Below are positions 38,602 through 47,305 of a stretch of DNA of 63,578 nt, in pieces. The stretch lies in the IMG/VR virus record IMGVR_UViG_3300030497_000009; one strand, written 5' to 3'. The stretch's first letter is position 1, and every line of letters begins with the position of its first letter. This DNA is from a virus. The position numbers were made by a program, and so were the translations under genes. The notes under the pieces are model-generated. The model was given only the letters and a program-made list of their open reading frames with translations. It was not told where the DNA came from and ran no database searches.

Positions 38602-40758
38602 ATGAATGTTATCGAAGCGAACTCTTGTTGGGATGCCTACCTTAAAACGCTGAAAGCGTTGTTAGACTCCAAACATCTTGATCTTCGCAACTTGTTTCTC
38701 CAAGTAAATAACACCGATGACAACTATATAACATCGTTACCCCATGCCCCAGACAACCTTCCTTGGTTCCTGCGTGTGAACTCCGATGTTGTAGAAGGTG
38801 AACTTGGTTTAGGAGCTGGGCTGGACGTCCGATACGACCAGAAACGTTTGGGGAGAGTTAAAGGACACGGTTCCTATGATTGGGGCTACCGCGATGAAAC
38901 CGGAAGACCAACCCAAGCTCTTTTAAATCTTATTATGGAAGATGACGAAATATTCCCAAATGTTGGGCGTGTTGGTGGTAATGGCCAGCTTCATTACGTT
39001 AAAGACCTTCTCATGAAGGATCCGACTTCAGATAAAGGCGTTGTATCATTTTGGAACTGGAAACGAGACTTGCTTGAATATACGAAAAGAAAGTATCTGT
39101 CACCAGAGATAGCAGGTGAGGAAGGCTGGTCTGATGCTCAGCACCAGCGTGTACCCTGCCCTGTCTCTTGGCATTTCACCGTCTCAAAAGAGGGCGTTAA
39201 TAACAACGTTTATTCGCGTTCGATGGTTTGGGATGACCATATTCACGATGACATGTTTCGATTTATCGAGCCTTGTAAATGGATAGGTGGCCACCTTCGT
39301 AGGAAGTCTGGTATCTTTACGCTAACAACCAACCGGCTGTGGGTTAAGAACTTTGAAGGTGATGTACGTGAACGGCTGACTGATTTATACGACTTCTGGA
39401 GCGGTCAACCACCTATCAGTAGTTATTATGACCCAATCGACTTCCCTTTATACGAAAAAGTTGAAGATTTTGAAAGAGACTGGAAACTAAAAGAGCTAGC
39501 GGAACAGGATTACCGGCTTGGAGCTTTTGAAGAGGGTGACAAGAAGCTTGACTTGATTAGCTCTGAATACTATAAGAACTGGGTGCGAGTGATTAAAGTA
39601 GCGGAAATGACGATATCCCATCATCATCTAGGACGTATGTTCAGACGTGGCATTCATAGCCGTGGAACGAAGAGAGCTATGGAGTATATAGATGAGTATA
39701 CGTTAATACGGGCTGTAAACGACGTACAGGGCATATACAGAGTTCAAACCGTGCAGTGGATAGTTAACTACTATTTACGTGCGAAACTCGATAGCGACGA
39801 ATATAAGACGTTTTTAGAGCTACTACCAGAAGAGCTACGAGAATTAACTCTTTTATCGTCTCTGCACCGCGTTAAAGAGGCAATAACAGAAGATGTAATA
39901 AAAGATATCCGTCCTGAATATCTTAAACTGAGCGAAGATTTCAGAAGCAAGGTTGTTCAAACAAAACTACCACCAACCAAAACGATAGGAGAAGATGAAA
40001 TGCGTAATCCGATTAATACTGATGTTAAATCCAAATTACTTGTAGTTGACCCATATGCTGGTGAGCGTGTGAACCGTAAATACCCTGCTTACATTGCTGA
40101 GTTGAAAAAGCGCGGTGAACTAGATATCTGTTATTTCCCTGTAGAGCCTTTCCACCGTAGAGAAAACAAACGACATGCTACCCAGCATGCCATGGAAGCC
40201 TGTGTAAAAGCATTCGTGCCTATCTCGTTAGAAACGAGACAAGAAATTCCAGCTTGGGCTATCGATGCGTTGTCACGTGATAAACGTAGTGAAGCGAGAA
40301 TCCAGATAGCTTCGATGGACGAGAAAAAGCAAAAGGTTTTATATCCATCGATGGCATCACCTGAAGAGCTTTTTAATTCGGTTGTACGTTGCTTTAACGC
40401 TGGTATTTACGTAGTTGTAAAGACTGCACCAATTATTCCACCTATTATGACTCCACACGATGTATTCCGAGTAGTTGACGCGGTACGAAGTATTGCTAGC
40501 AGTGTGGAAATCTGTTTCGCTTCGTTCGATGAGTCAGAGTATCCTGATTTAAAAGCGCGTGTGAAGAAAAGCGAGGTTGCTTTTGATGACATGTACGAGC
40601 TAGCTGAGGGAAGATACTTTGTTCGCCAATCATATCGACAAGAGTTCATTCGAAAGCTTATGCTGTTCACACAAGGGCAAAAGCTAAAACTGGAAGTTGT
40701 AAAAGAATGCTCTATCGAGGACGGAGAGGTTACAGGAGTGTTGCGCTTCGGGGAGTAA
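38602..40758 (+). CDS. Fusion of a divergent thymidylate-synthase fold and a degenerate SPL-like radical SAM domain
   Basis: N-terminus: QL..V..LL.KDPTS..V.SFWN..RD, PC(186) and RS(206). C-terminus: DPYAG.., ASMDE..LYP..ASP, GIYVVVKTAPIIP, with no CxxxCxxC. Confidence 0.65.
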   Translation: MNVIEANSCWDAYLKTLKALLDSKHLDLRNLFLQVNNTDDNYITSLPHAPDNLPWFLRVNSDVVEGELGLGAGLDVRYDQKRLGRVKGHGSYDWGYRDETGRPTQALLNLIMEDDEIFPNVGRVGGNGQLHYVKDLLMKDPTSDKGVVSFWNWKRDLLEYTKRKYLSPEIAGEEGWSDAQHQRVPCPVSWHFTVSKEGVNNNVYSRSMVWDDHIHDDMFRFIEPCKWIGGHLRRKSGIFTLTTNRLWVKNFEGDVRERLTDLYDFWSGQPPISSYYDPIDFPLYEKVEDFERDWKLKELAEQDYRLGAFEEGDKKLDLISSEYYKNWVRVIKVAEMTISHHHLGRMFRRGIHSRGTKRAMEYIDEYTLIRAVNDVQGIYRVQTVQWIVNYYLRAKLDSDEYKTFLELLPEELRELTLLSSLHRVKEAITEDVIKDIRPEYLKLSEDFRSKVVQTKLPPTKTIGEDEMRNPINTDVKSKLLVVDPYAGERVNRKYPAYIAELKKRGELDICYFPVEPFHRRENKRHATQHAMEACVKAFVPISLETRQEIPAWAIDALSRDKRSEARIQIASMDEKKQKVLYPSMASPEELFNSVVRCFNAGIYVVVKTAPIIPPIMTPHDVFRVVDAVRSIASSVEICFASFDESEYPDLKARVKKSEVAFDDMYELAEGRYFVRQSYRQEFIRKLMLFTQGQKLKLEVVKECSIEDGEVTGVLRFGE

Positions 40759-40783
40759 ATTTCCTCGAAGTTGGTTATATTAG
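40752..40783 (+). promoter_or_regulatory. Phage-specific promoter motif
   Basis: GGAGTA-N20-TATTAG. Confidence 0.65.
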
Positions 40784-40808
40784 GTAATAAGTTAAAGGAG
40801 GAATAGTT

Positions 40809-41480
40809 ATGAGTGAAGTAGAAGTGGTGCGCGAGTCGATTAAGATGGAACGTGTTGATATTATGGAAGCGATTGAAAGTGTAAAGGAACTGCCCACTGG
40901 TTTGAAGTTAGTAAACGTGCGAGGTACGAATGGCTCAGGTAAATCGACGATCCCGTTACAGATGCTGGCTAATGACCGCGAAGCGTACATGCTGACGTTA
41001 GAAGGTAAAGATGTTGCAACAGTTTTCCCTTCTTACGGATGGTTAGCTCTTGGTAAATACCGTAATGCTGCTGGGGGGCTTGATACAGTCCGTACAACCG
41101 ACGATATGAAGCGTATCTTGCAGTTGTGTAACCAACTACCGTTTAATATCCTAATGGAAGGTATCTTGGCTTCAACCGTATATAGTACGTACTCTGAGTT
41201 GTTACAGAAATACGAGAAAGTCAACCCTTTCCGTAAAGCTGGTGTAATGAGTATTGTTAACGATATGGACGTTGTTAAGGCTCGAATCATGAAGAGAAAT
41301 GGAGGGAAACAAATTAAATTTGAACAAGTAGAATCGAAATGGAGAACAGTTAAGAAAAACGTTCAGAAGTTTAAAGATGATGGGCTAGCTAGTTGGGAAA
41401 CGTCAAACCAAGAGATTGCGAAAGAAGAAACACTTGACTGGTTCTTTAAAGAGTTGGAAGTGAACATGAAAGATGCCTAA
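40809..41480 (+). CDS. P-loop kinase of the thymidine hypermodification type, paralog 1
   Basis: VNVRGTNGSGKST, LGKY....GG.D, LMEG, RI.KRNGGK. Confidence 0.8.
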   Translation: MSEVEVVRESIKMERVDIMEAIESVKELPTGLKLVNVRGTNGSGKSTIPLQMLANDREAYMLTLEGKDVATVFPSYGWLALGKYRNAAGGLDTVRTTDDMKRILQLCNQLPFNILMEGILASTVYSTYSELLQKYEKVNPFRKAGVMSIVNDMDVVKARIMKRNGGKQIKFEQVESKWRTVKKNVQKFKDDGLASWETSNQEIAKEETLDWFFKELEVNMKDA

Positions 41481-42471
41481 ATCTGAAAAGCTACTAGCAG
41501 TTGAAAGGGTTTATGGGTTACCTATTGAGAGCGTCCTTAAGGATTACGTTGAACAGGGTTTATACGCGTCGAAAATAACAGCTGAAATAAATGAAAAGCT
41601 TAGTGCTGTTGGAGAAAAAAGCGTAACCATAAGTTTCACAAGACGACAACTAAAGAACGCAGGTATCTCTGCTCCAAAGCCGGATCGAAGTAAAATATCA
41701 AAATTAGCTTCAAACACCCCAGAGGAACTTGAACGCAGAAGCAAAGCTATGAAAGAACGATGGCAACGCGATGATAGTCTGCGAAACAAAGTTAACAAAA
41801 GCCTAGAGGAACGCTGGGCAGACCCAGCTTATGTTGAGTTTATGTCGGTTATGAGTCAAAACCTCTGGAGTTCAGCTGAACACCGTGATAACATCGCTGA
41901 TAAATCGAGGGAACAGTGGAATAGTGGCCATGGTGAAGTGGTCATGGCCACTATTAGGGAGCTTTGGAAAGATGAAGAGCACCGTGAGAAAATGAAAGAC
42001 CTAACGATAGAACGCTGGAAGGATCCCCATTATCGTTCAAAGATGAAAGAGGTTATAAAATCCTGTTGGGCTGATCCTGAGTATCGTGAAAAGGTAATGT
42101 CCAACAGTGGGAGAAAAGATACTAAAATTGAGTTAGCTGTGAAAGACATACTTGAGTGTCTTAATATTGAATATGAGCATAACGCTTTTCTCTCTTTTGA
42201 TACCTTTTATTGCTTTCCTGATTTTAAGATAGCAAACAAAATAATTGAGTGCCAAGGTGATTTTTGGCATGCTAACCCAGAGATATACAAGAGCATCGAG
42301 GATCTTTCAGAAGTTCAACGAGTAAACGTTGAGCGTGACAAGCTAAAAAAGAAACACTATGAAGAGGGTGGATATGAAGTGTTGTACCTGTGGGAAACTG
42401 ATTTTAAGAAAAACTTAGTAGGTGTCAAAGAGAGTATTAAAAACTTTTTGGAGGTGAACATGGGTGGTTGA
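41473..42471 (+). CDS. Putative homing endonuclease: Trp-containing helical repeats plus Vsr/EDxHD-like nuclease
   Basis: About 7 repeats of type ERW.DP.YR.KM; C-terminal TKIE..PDF..IECQGDFWH..RD..K...GY.V..LWE. Confidence 0.75.
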   Translation: MPKSEKLLAVERVYGLPIESVLKDYVEQGLYASKITAEINEKLSAVGEKSVTISFTRRQLKNAGISAPKPDRSKISKLASNTPEELERRSKAMKERWQRDDSLRNKVNKSLEERWADPAYVEFMSVMSQNLWSSAEHRDNIADKSREQWNSGHGEVVMATIRELWKDEEHREKMKDLTIERWKDPHYRSKMKEVIKSCWADPEYREKVMSNSGRKDTKIELAVKDILECLNIEYEHNAFLSFDTFYCFPDFKIANKIIECQGDFWHANPEIYKSIEDLSEVQRVNVERDKLKKKHYEEGGYEVLYLWETDFKKNLVGVKESIKNFLEVNMGG

Positions 42472-43162
42472 AGTAGCTCGTAAACCGATTAAATTAACAA
42501 GATACGATATAAACGAGAAAATCAAAGAGCTAACCAAAACGGCTGTGTTACGTTTTAAAGAGAAGAATTTGAAGTGTGTGAACGTCCGTGGCTCCAACGG
42601 CTCTGGTAAGTCAACGATCCCTATTAAGATGCTTGCTGAAGATAAAGGAGCGTATATCCTGACTGACAGAGGTAAAGACGTAGCTACTGTACTGCCTAAC
42701 GTTGGATATGTACTCCTTGGTACATACCGAAATAAAACGGGGGGAGGTGATACGTCAACGTTTCAAGACAAGGAGTATACCAAAGAGATTCTTAGAAAGC
42801 TATGGGTAACACCTTTCCACGTTCTCTTTGAGTCTATGACTATCTCTGCTTCCTTTACGTTTTGGGCACAGGTGTTCAGCGAGTTTGCGCACGATTTAGC
42901 TTTTACCAACCGCCAGATAGGGGTAATGAGTATTATTATTCCTTTAGAGGTAAATGAGCAACGTATAAAGAAACGTAATGGTGGTAAAGATATTAACATG
43001 AAGTACGTGGCTGGTAAGCTACGAACTGTTACAAACAACGTAGAAAAGTTTACAGCTATCGGTGTTCAAAGCTGGGCTGTTGATAATACTAGTGTAAGTC
43101 TTGACGAGGTTTATGACTGGTTCCACGAGCAAGTAAACGAGAACATGGAGGGATTAGGATGA
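42464..43162 (+). CDS. P-loop kinase of the thymidine hypermodification type, paralog 2
   Basis: VNVRGSNGSGKST, LGTY....GGGD, RIKKRNGGK. Aligns with 40809 over its full length. Confidence 0.8.
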   Translation: MVEVARKPIKLTRYDINEKIKELTKTAVLRFKEKNLKCVNVRGSNGSGKSTIPIKMLAEDKGAYILTDRGKDVATVLPNVGYVLLGTYRNKTGGGDTSTFQDKEYTKEILRKLWVTPFHVLFESMTISASFTFWAQVFSEFAHDLAFTNRQIGVMSIIIPLEVNEQRIKKRNGGKDINMKYVAGKLRTVTNNVEKFTAIGVQSWAVDNTSVSLDEVYDWFHEQVNENMEGLG

Positions 43163-44295
43163 GTTTAGCAGAGTCGAATAACAACCCGTTTGTAAATTAT
43201 GGTGAAGTACCAGACCACGAGTTTTTACTATCTATGGAAAGAAAGGTACGTCCTCACTGGGAACCTCAGTATATTAATCTACCTGACGAAACAGTGAAGC
43301 TACGAGTTGACCCAGCAACTGGAAAGCCACTGTGGGAAATGTATTTTGAGAATATGGTTGAACGTCAGAATATCTGGTATAAGCGAGTAGTGCTTGGCCA
43401 GTCAGCCCCGTGGACAACCGATCCTGTCATGGGTCAGTTCCATTTTACGAATGTTGATAGAAAGTTAGACCGCGTAACGCTCTATTATATTGACAACGTA
43501 CTTCCTAACCTTAAAGACAACGATGAGTCTCGTAAATATCTATTATTGAACACGTTCATTTACCGTTTGTTCTGTCGTATTGAGACTTGGGATGTTATCG
43601 GTTATCTTCATCCTGAAACGTTCGAAAGTGACTGGGATAGAGCTAAGACCAACCTCCGTGCGCGTCGTGAGTCAGGTGAGCCGGTCTTTACATCGGCTTA
43701 CTACGTTAATGACCTAAAGGTTGCGAACGATGACCCAGCGACTAACAAGAATAAAACAGAGAACGCGATTAAACTTATCCAGTGGATTAAAGACAACCTT
43801 GAAGAGCTTTCTGCTTTCGTATTCAACCCTGCGAACAATATGGAATCGGTTGTGGAGTATCTAACACGTATTCCTGGCATTGGCTTATTCAACTCTTATG
43901 AAGCTTGCTTAGACTTGGGGATGGTAACAGAGTTCACTGGTATCCCATTCGTTGAGTGGACAGCAGACTATTTCACTAATGTCGGTCCGGGATGTAAGCG
44001 CGGTATTGATTACGTATTCGAAGACAAAGGAAACATGAGCTACCTTGACATTGTGTACTTCGTTACGAGTGTGTATGAACACGAGTTCAAGCGATTAGGC
44101 TTAAAGTACCTCTTCCAAGAAGGTACGACTGAACTGGATTTACGTTGCTGTGAAGGCTGGTTCTGTGAGTCTAGTAAATACTTTAACTATTGGACTACTG
44201 AGAACGGGTATGACTTCGCTAAAGGTAAACGTCCGAAAAAGAAAATGAAGCTCCAAACCGACGATGTTAACTGGTTGAAGCCAAGAAATAAGTAA
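43159..44295 (+). CDS. 5-hmdU DNA kinase (aGPT-Pplase1 family)
   Basis: ERQNIWYKR..G..APWTTDP....HFTNVDR.LDR, F..AY, G.G.F.SYE...DL, NVGPGCKRG and CE..KY signature. Confidence 0.85.
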   Translation: MSLAESNNNPFVNYGEVPDHEFLLSMERKVRPHWEPQYINLPDETVKLRVDPATGKPLWEMYFENMVERQNIWYKRVVLGQSAPWTTDPVMGQFHFTNVDRKLDRVTLYYIDNVLPNLKDNDESRKYLLLNTFIYRLFCRIETWDVIGYLHPETFESDWDRAKTNLRARRESGEPVFTSAYYVNDLKVANDDPATNKNKTENAIKLIQWIKDNLEELSAFVFNPANNMESVVEYLTRIPGIGLFNSYEACLDLGMVTEFTGIPFVEWTADYFTNVGPGCKRGIDYVFEDKGNMSYLDIVYFVTSVYEHEFKRLGLKYLFQEGTTELDLRCCEGWFCESSKYFNYWTTENGYDFAKGKRPKKKMKLQTDDVNWLKPRNK

Positions 44296-44338
44296 TAACA
44301 CAGTCACCTCTATATTACTACTATGGAGGTGATTTCTC

Positions 44339-44518
44339 ATGGGTAAAGAAGCAAAAGACTACTTGCCAGGATTAGGCAACGCATTTCACGTTAAGAGCGA
44401 TGAGATTGACTTTGAACCACAAGTTCAGGCTAACTCTACAGCGACTGACGTTGCTGGTTTAAAAGCTGACCTTAACGCGTTACTAGCGAAGCTACGTGCT
44501 GCTGGTGTAATTAAATAA
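44339..44518 (+). CDS. Small head-fiber-like protein (59 aa, not in ORF track)
   Basis: GGAGGTG RBS; QANSTATDVAGLKADLNALLAKLRAAG motif typical of phage head-fiber proteins. Confidence 0.7.
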   Translation: MGKEAKDYLPGLGNAFHVKSDEIDFEPQVQANSTATDVAGLKADLNALLAKLRAAGVIK

Positions 44519-44529
44519 TATACTTACAA

Positions 44530-44555
44530 AGACTTCCTTCGGGGAGTCTTTTTTT
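44530..44555 (+). terminator. Rho-independent terminator
   Basis: AGACTTCC TTCG GGGAGTCT plus T-run. Confidence 0.85.
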
Positions 44556-44566
44556 ATTGACAGCAG

Positions 44567-44599
44567 GGAGTAAATTCCTGCTGTTTTCGCTTTTATTAG
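44567..44599 (+). promoter_or_regulatory. Phage-specific promoter motif
   Basis: GGAGTA-N21-TATTAG then GTGTAAG. Confidence 0.7.
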
Positions 44600-44623
44600 G
44601 TGTAAGTTAATAAAGGAGGAAAC

Positions 44624-45796
44624 GTGATGTATACTTTTGCAAACGAAAACCCATCACAGCTTTGTATCGATGCCGCATTTACGGTACTTAGACATGGTAA
44701 AGAATTAGCACCTAGAGGAAAGAAAGTATTGGAGTTACATCCGGCTGCTGTCGAGTTTTTAAAGCCGACTAACCGCGTAACTTTCGTAAAAGGCAGAAAA
44801 ATCAACCCATTCTTCCAACTAGCTGAAAGCTTTTGGATTTTACTAGGTAGAGCCGACGTTGAGTGGCTTACAAGATATAACGAAAATATGAAATCTTTCT
44901 CTGATGATGGAGTTTACTTTAATGCTCCTTACGGTGAGAGAATGCGCGCTTGGGGATTACACCGCGCGTCTGGTGATGTCTTTAACCCAATTGACCAGCT
45001 TCACGATGCGTTCCTTAAGCTAGAAGCTGATCCTGATACGCGACAAGCCTTTGTAACGATTGGCGATCCTCGCTATGATAACGCTGACTATACGTTGGGC
45101 GGTGGAAAAGATATCGCTTGTAACCGTGAGATTTACTTTAAGATTCGTGATGGTAAACTAGACATTACGGTTTCGAATAGAAGCAACGATGTTTGGTGGG
45201 GTACTTGGGGTGCTAACTTGGCTCAGTTCTCTACGATTCAGGAGTATATGGCGTCTATGTTAGGCGTTGGTATTGGTAAATATACGCAGTTCACCGATTC
45301 TCTTCACATCTATACTGAAGATTATGGTTCTAAGATTACGGATGATGTTTTAGAAGCCTATGGAATCGAAGACTTTAGAAACGTTGCTGAAACGCCTGAA
45401 GTTGAACACTTCGAGTTCGAAAACGAACCGCGTATGGAAGTGCTTGGCTTTGAAGAGGGTGAAGCGCTTATTCGTAAGCTTGAATACCTTGTTGAGTCAC
45501 TTATCCACGTGAACGATAACATCGTAAATACAGAGATTGCGTATAATACGATGAACATTATTAAAGGTAGTCCTGATCCGTACTTCCGTATGACGCTTTA
45601 TGCTATGATGGCTTATCGTGCTCACAAGCTAGGTAACGCTGAAGTTATGGTAGAAGCTCTACGCCTAATGGCTGACGGGCAGTGGAAGCTCTCTTGCTTA
45701 TTCTTCCTTTATAATAAGTATAAAGGTATCGAAGAGTTTGAAGACTTATATAGCCACTATACAGACGCTCAAAAGGCGTATATCGAAGGTAAATAA
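44624..45796 (+). CDS. dUMP hydroxymethylase (thymidylate synthase family)
   Basis: NPFFQLAE.FW.L.GR, APYGER, DTRQA, DIACN, NRSNDVWWG..GAN, SLHIY. Adjacent to the 5-hmdU DNA kinase. Confidence 0.85.
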   Translation: MMYTFANENPSQLCIDAAFTVLRHGKELAPRGKKVLELHPAAVEFLKPTNRVTFVKGRKINPFFQLAESFWILLGRADVEWLTRYNENMKSFSDDGVYFNAPYGERMRAWGLHRASGDVFNPIDQLHDAFLKLEADPDTRQAFVTIGDPRYDNADYTLGGGKDIACNREIYFKIRDGKLDITVSNRSNDVWWGTWGANLAQFSTIQEYMASMLGVGIGKYTQFTDSLHIYTEDYGSKITDDVLEAYGIEDFRNVAETPEVEHFEFENEPRMEVLGFEEGEALIRKLEYLVESLIHVNDNIVNTEIAYNTMNIIKGSPDPYFRMTLYAMMAYRAHKLGNAEVMVEALRLMADGQWKLSCLFFLYNKYKGIEEFEDLYSHYTDAQKAYIEGK

Positions 45797-45850
45797 GTTG
45801 CGAGGGGTAAACTGCCCCTCATCCTATAAAACGTTCTGGAGGTAAATGAT

Positions 45851-46288
45851 ATGGCTAAAACGAAACAAACGATTACAGGTGATTTGATTATTGGTGTGGA
45901 TTTCGACGGTAACATCACGACTGAACCGGATATGGGTAAAAAGTTGGTGTTACAACCGAATTGTAAAGATGTTCTGTTGAGTTGGTGTGAAAAGGGTTAT
46001 ACGCTCGTATTATGGACGTGCAGAACAGGTCCGAGTTTAAACGAAGCATTAAGCTTTCTAGTTGAGAACGACCTGTACCACATCTTTACGAGTATTAACG
46101 ACCAAGTTCCGTTGGTTGTGACAAAGTACCACCCACATGTAGCTCGTAAGTTAGGGGCTGACATTTACTTCGACGATAAGAACGCGATGACGACTGTGAA
46201 CTGGTTGGATTATGCGGCATTCGTTGAAGACAAAATTAAACTGGAAGGTTGGGTTATTGATGGAGCGACAACAGAAGGTGCATACTAA
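45851..46288 (+). CDS. HAD-superfamily phosphatase
   Basis: VDFDG, LWTCR, RK..ADIYFDDK. Confidence 0.8.
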   Translation: MAKTKQTITGDLIIGVDFDGNITTEPDMGKKLVLQPNCKDVLLSWCEKGYTLVLWTCRTGPSLNEALSFLVENDLYHIFTSINDQVPLVVTKYHPHVARKLGADIYFDDKNAMTTVNWLDYAAFVEDKIKLEGWVIDGATTEGAY

Positions 46289-46727
46289 TGAAGATTGGAT
46301 TAAGTTTAAGAAAGAGATTCACGACAAGCTACACGATATGCTTGATCCGCAGTTAGTCGCTGACATCACGGTTGACGAGCTTGTAGAGGTATATGCTAAG
46401 TTGCCTTACGTGCATCCTGAAATGGAGCTTAGAGAAGACAACCTTCTCATGACGACTGTATTTGTTTACCTTTCTGAAATTCAGTATAAGAAAGAAGGCA
46501 CGTATGGCAGAAGCTTCTGCAAGCGCGGAGAAATGGACATCTTCTTTAATATGGCTCGTAAGTTTGACCGATTAGAGAATATGATGTTGCACGATAAGAA
46601 AGACGAAGTTGGTGAAGGTAAGACGGACACTGTGGGTGACGAAGCGAACTATGGTATGCTTTGGATGACTTACATTCTTCGTGAGAAACCTGAACTATTT
46701 AAAAACTGGTTGAAAAATAATTTCTGA
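46260..46727 (+). CDS. DUF1599/Nmad1-like (MazG-like all-helical) nucleotide-modification-associated protein
   Basis: KK...YG.S...G.....ARKFDRL...DT.GD.ANY motif. Confidence 0.7.
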   Translation: MERQQKVHTNEDWIKFKKEIHDKLHDMLDPQLVADITVDELVEVYAKLPYVHPEMELREDNLLMTTVFVYLSEIQYKKEGTYGRSFCKRGEMDIFFNMARKFDRLENMMLHDKKDEVGEGKTDTVGDEANYGMLWMTYILREKPELFKNWLKNNF

Positions 46728-46733
46728 CAGCTG

Positions 46734-46765
46734 GGGGTAAATTGCTGTTTACTCCCTTTTATTAG
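46734..46765 (+). promoter_or_regulatory. Phage-specific promoter motif
   Basis: GGGGTA-N20-TATTAG then GTTGTAAG. Confidence 0.65.
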
Positions 46766-46823
46766 GTTGTAAGCTCGATAAGGGCTAACATATAAAACTA
46801 TAATCCTTTGGAGGTAACAAGAA

Positions 46824-47135
46824 ATGAATAAAGAAGATATCGTAAAGTACATGGCAGACAACTCAGACAAAGCGTTAACACAAAAGGAAGCAAGCCTAGC
46901 AGTAGACTTATTCCGTGACGCAATTAAATCAGGTTTAAAAGCAGGCGATGATATCAACCTAGTTGACTTCTTCACTTTAAAGCCTAACGGACGTCCAGCT
47001 CGTAAAGGGCGCAACCCTCAAAATGGTGAAGAAATTCAAATTCCAGCTTCTGTTAACCTGAAGTTCAAACCAGCTAAGAAGCTTGCTGCAACGGTGTCCG
47101 AGTTAAATCCAGAAGATTACATGAAAAAGAAGTAA
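46824..47135 (+). CDS. HU/IHF-family DNA-binding protein (TF1-like)
   Basis: MNKEDIV..RPARKGRNPQNGEEIQIPA..FKPAK.L. Confidence 0.92.
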   Translation: MNKEDIVKYMADNSDKALTQKEASLAVDLFRDAIKSGLKAGDDINLVDFFTLKPNGRPARKGRNPQNGEEIQIPASVNLKFKPAKKLAATVSELNPEDYMKKK

Positions 47136-47220
47136 GCTAGTTTACTTATCCAAAAAATAATCGAGTTCTTTCGTACAGTTGACAATATGATGATATGCTA
47201 ATTATTTCGTTCAGGTTAGG

Positions 47221-47249
47221 GCTGGAGCTTATTGCTCCGGCTCTTTCTT
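47221..47249 (+). terminator. Probable terminator
   Basis: GCTGGAGC/GCTCCGGC stem plus T-rich tail. Confidence 0.6.
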
Positions 47250-47256
47250 GTTCAAC

Positions 47257-47289
47257 GGAGTAAATTATGTCTTTTCTCCCTTTAGTTAG
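47257..47289 (+). promoter_or_regulatory. Phage-specific promoter motif
   Basis: GGAGTA-N21-AGTTAG upstream of the polymerase. Confidence 0.6.
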
Positions 47290-47305
47290 ATAGGAGGTTG
47301 ATTAA

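Noticed and set aside
40000-40758. Active spore photoproduct lyase
   Set aside because: The CxxxCxxC cluster-binding motif is absent.
40809-43162. A single kinase gene split by a group I intron
   Set aside because: Both flanking ORFs are complete paralogues with their own Walker A, and there is no non-coding space for an intron core.
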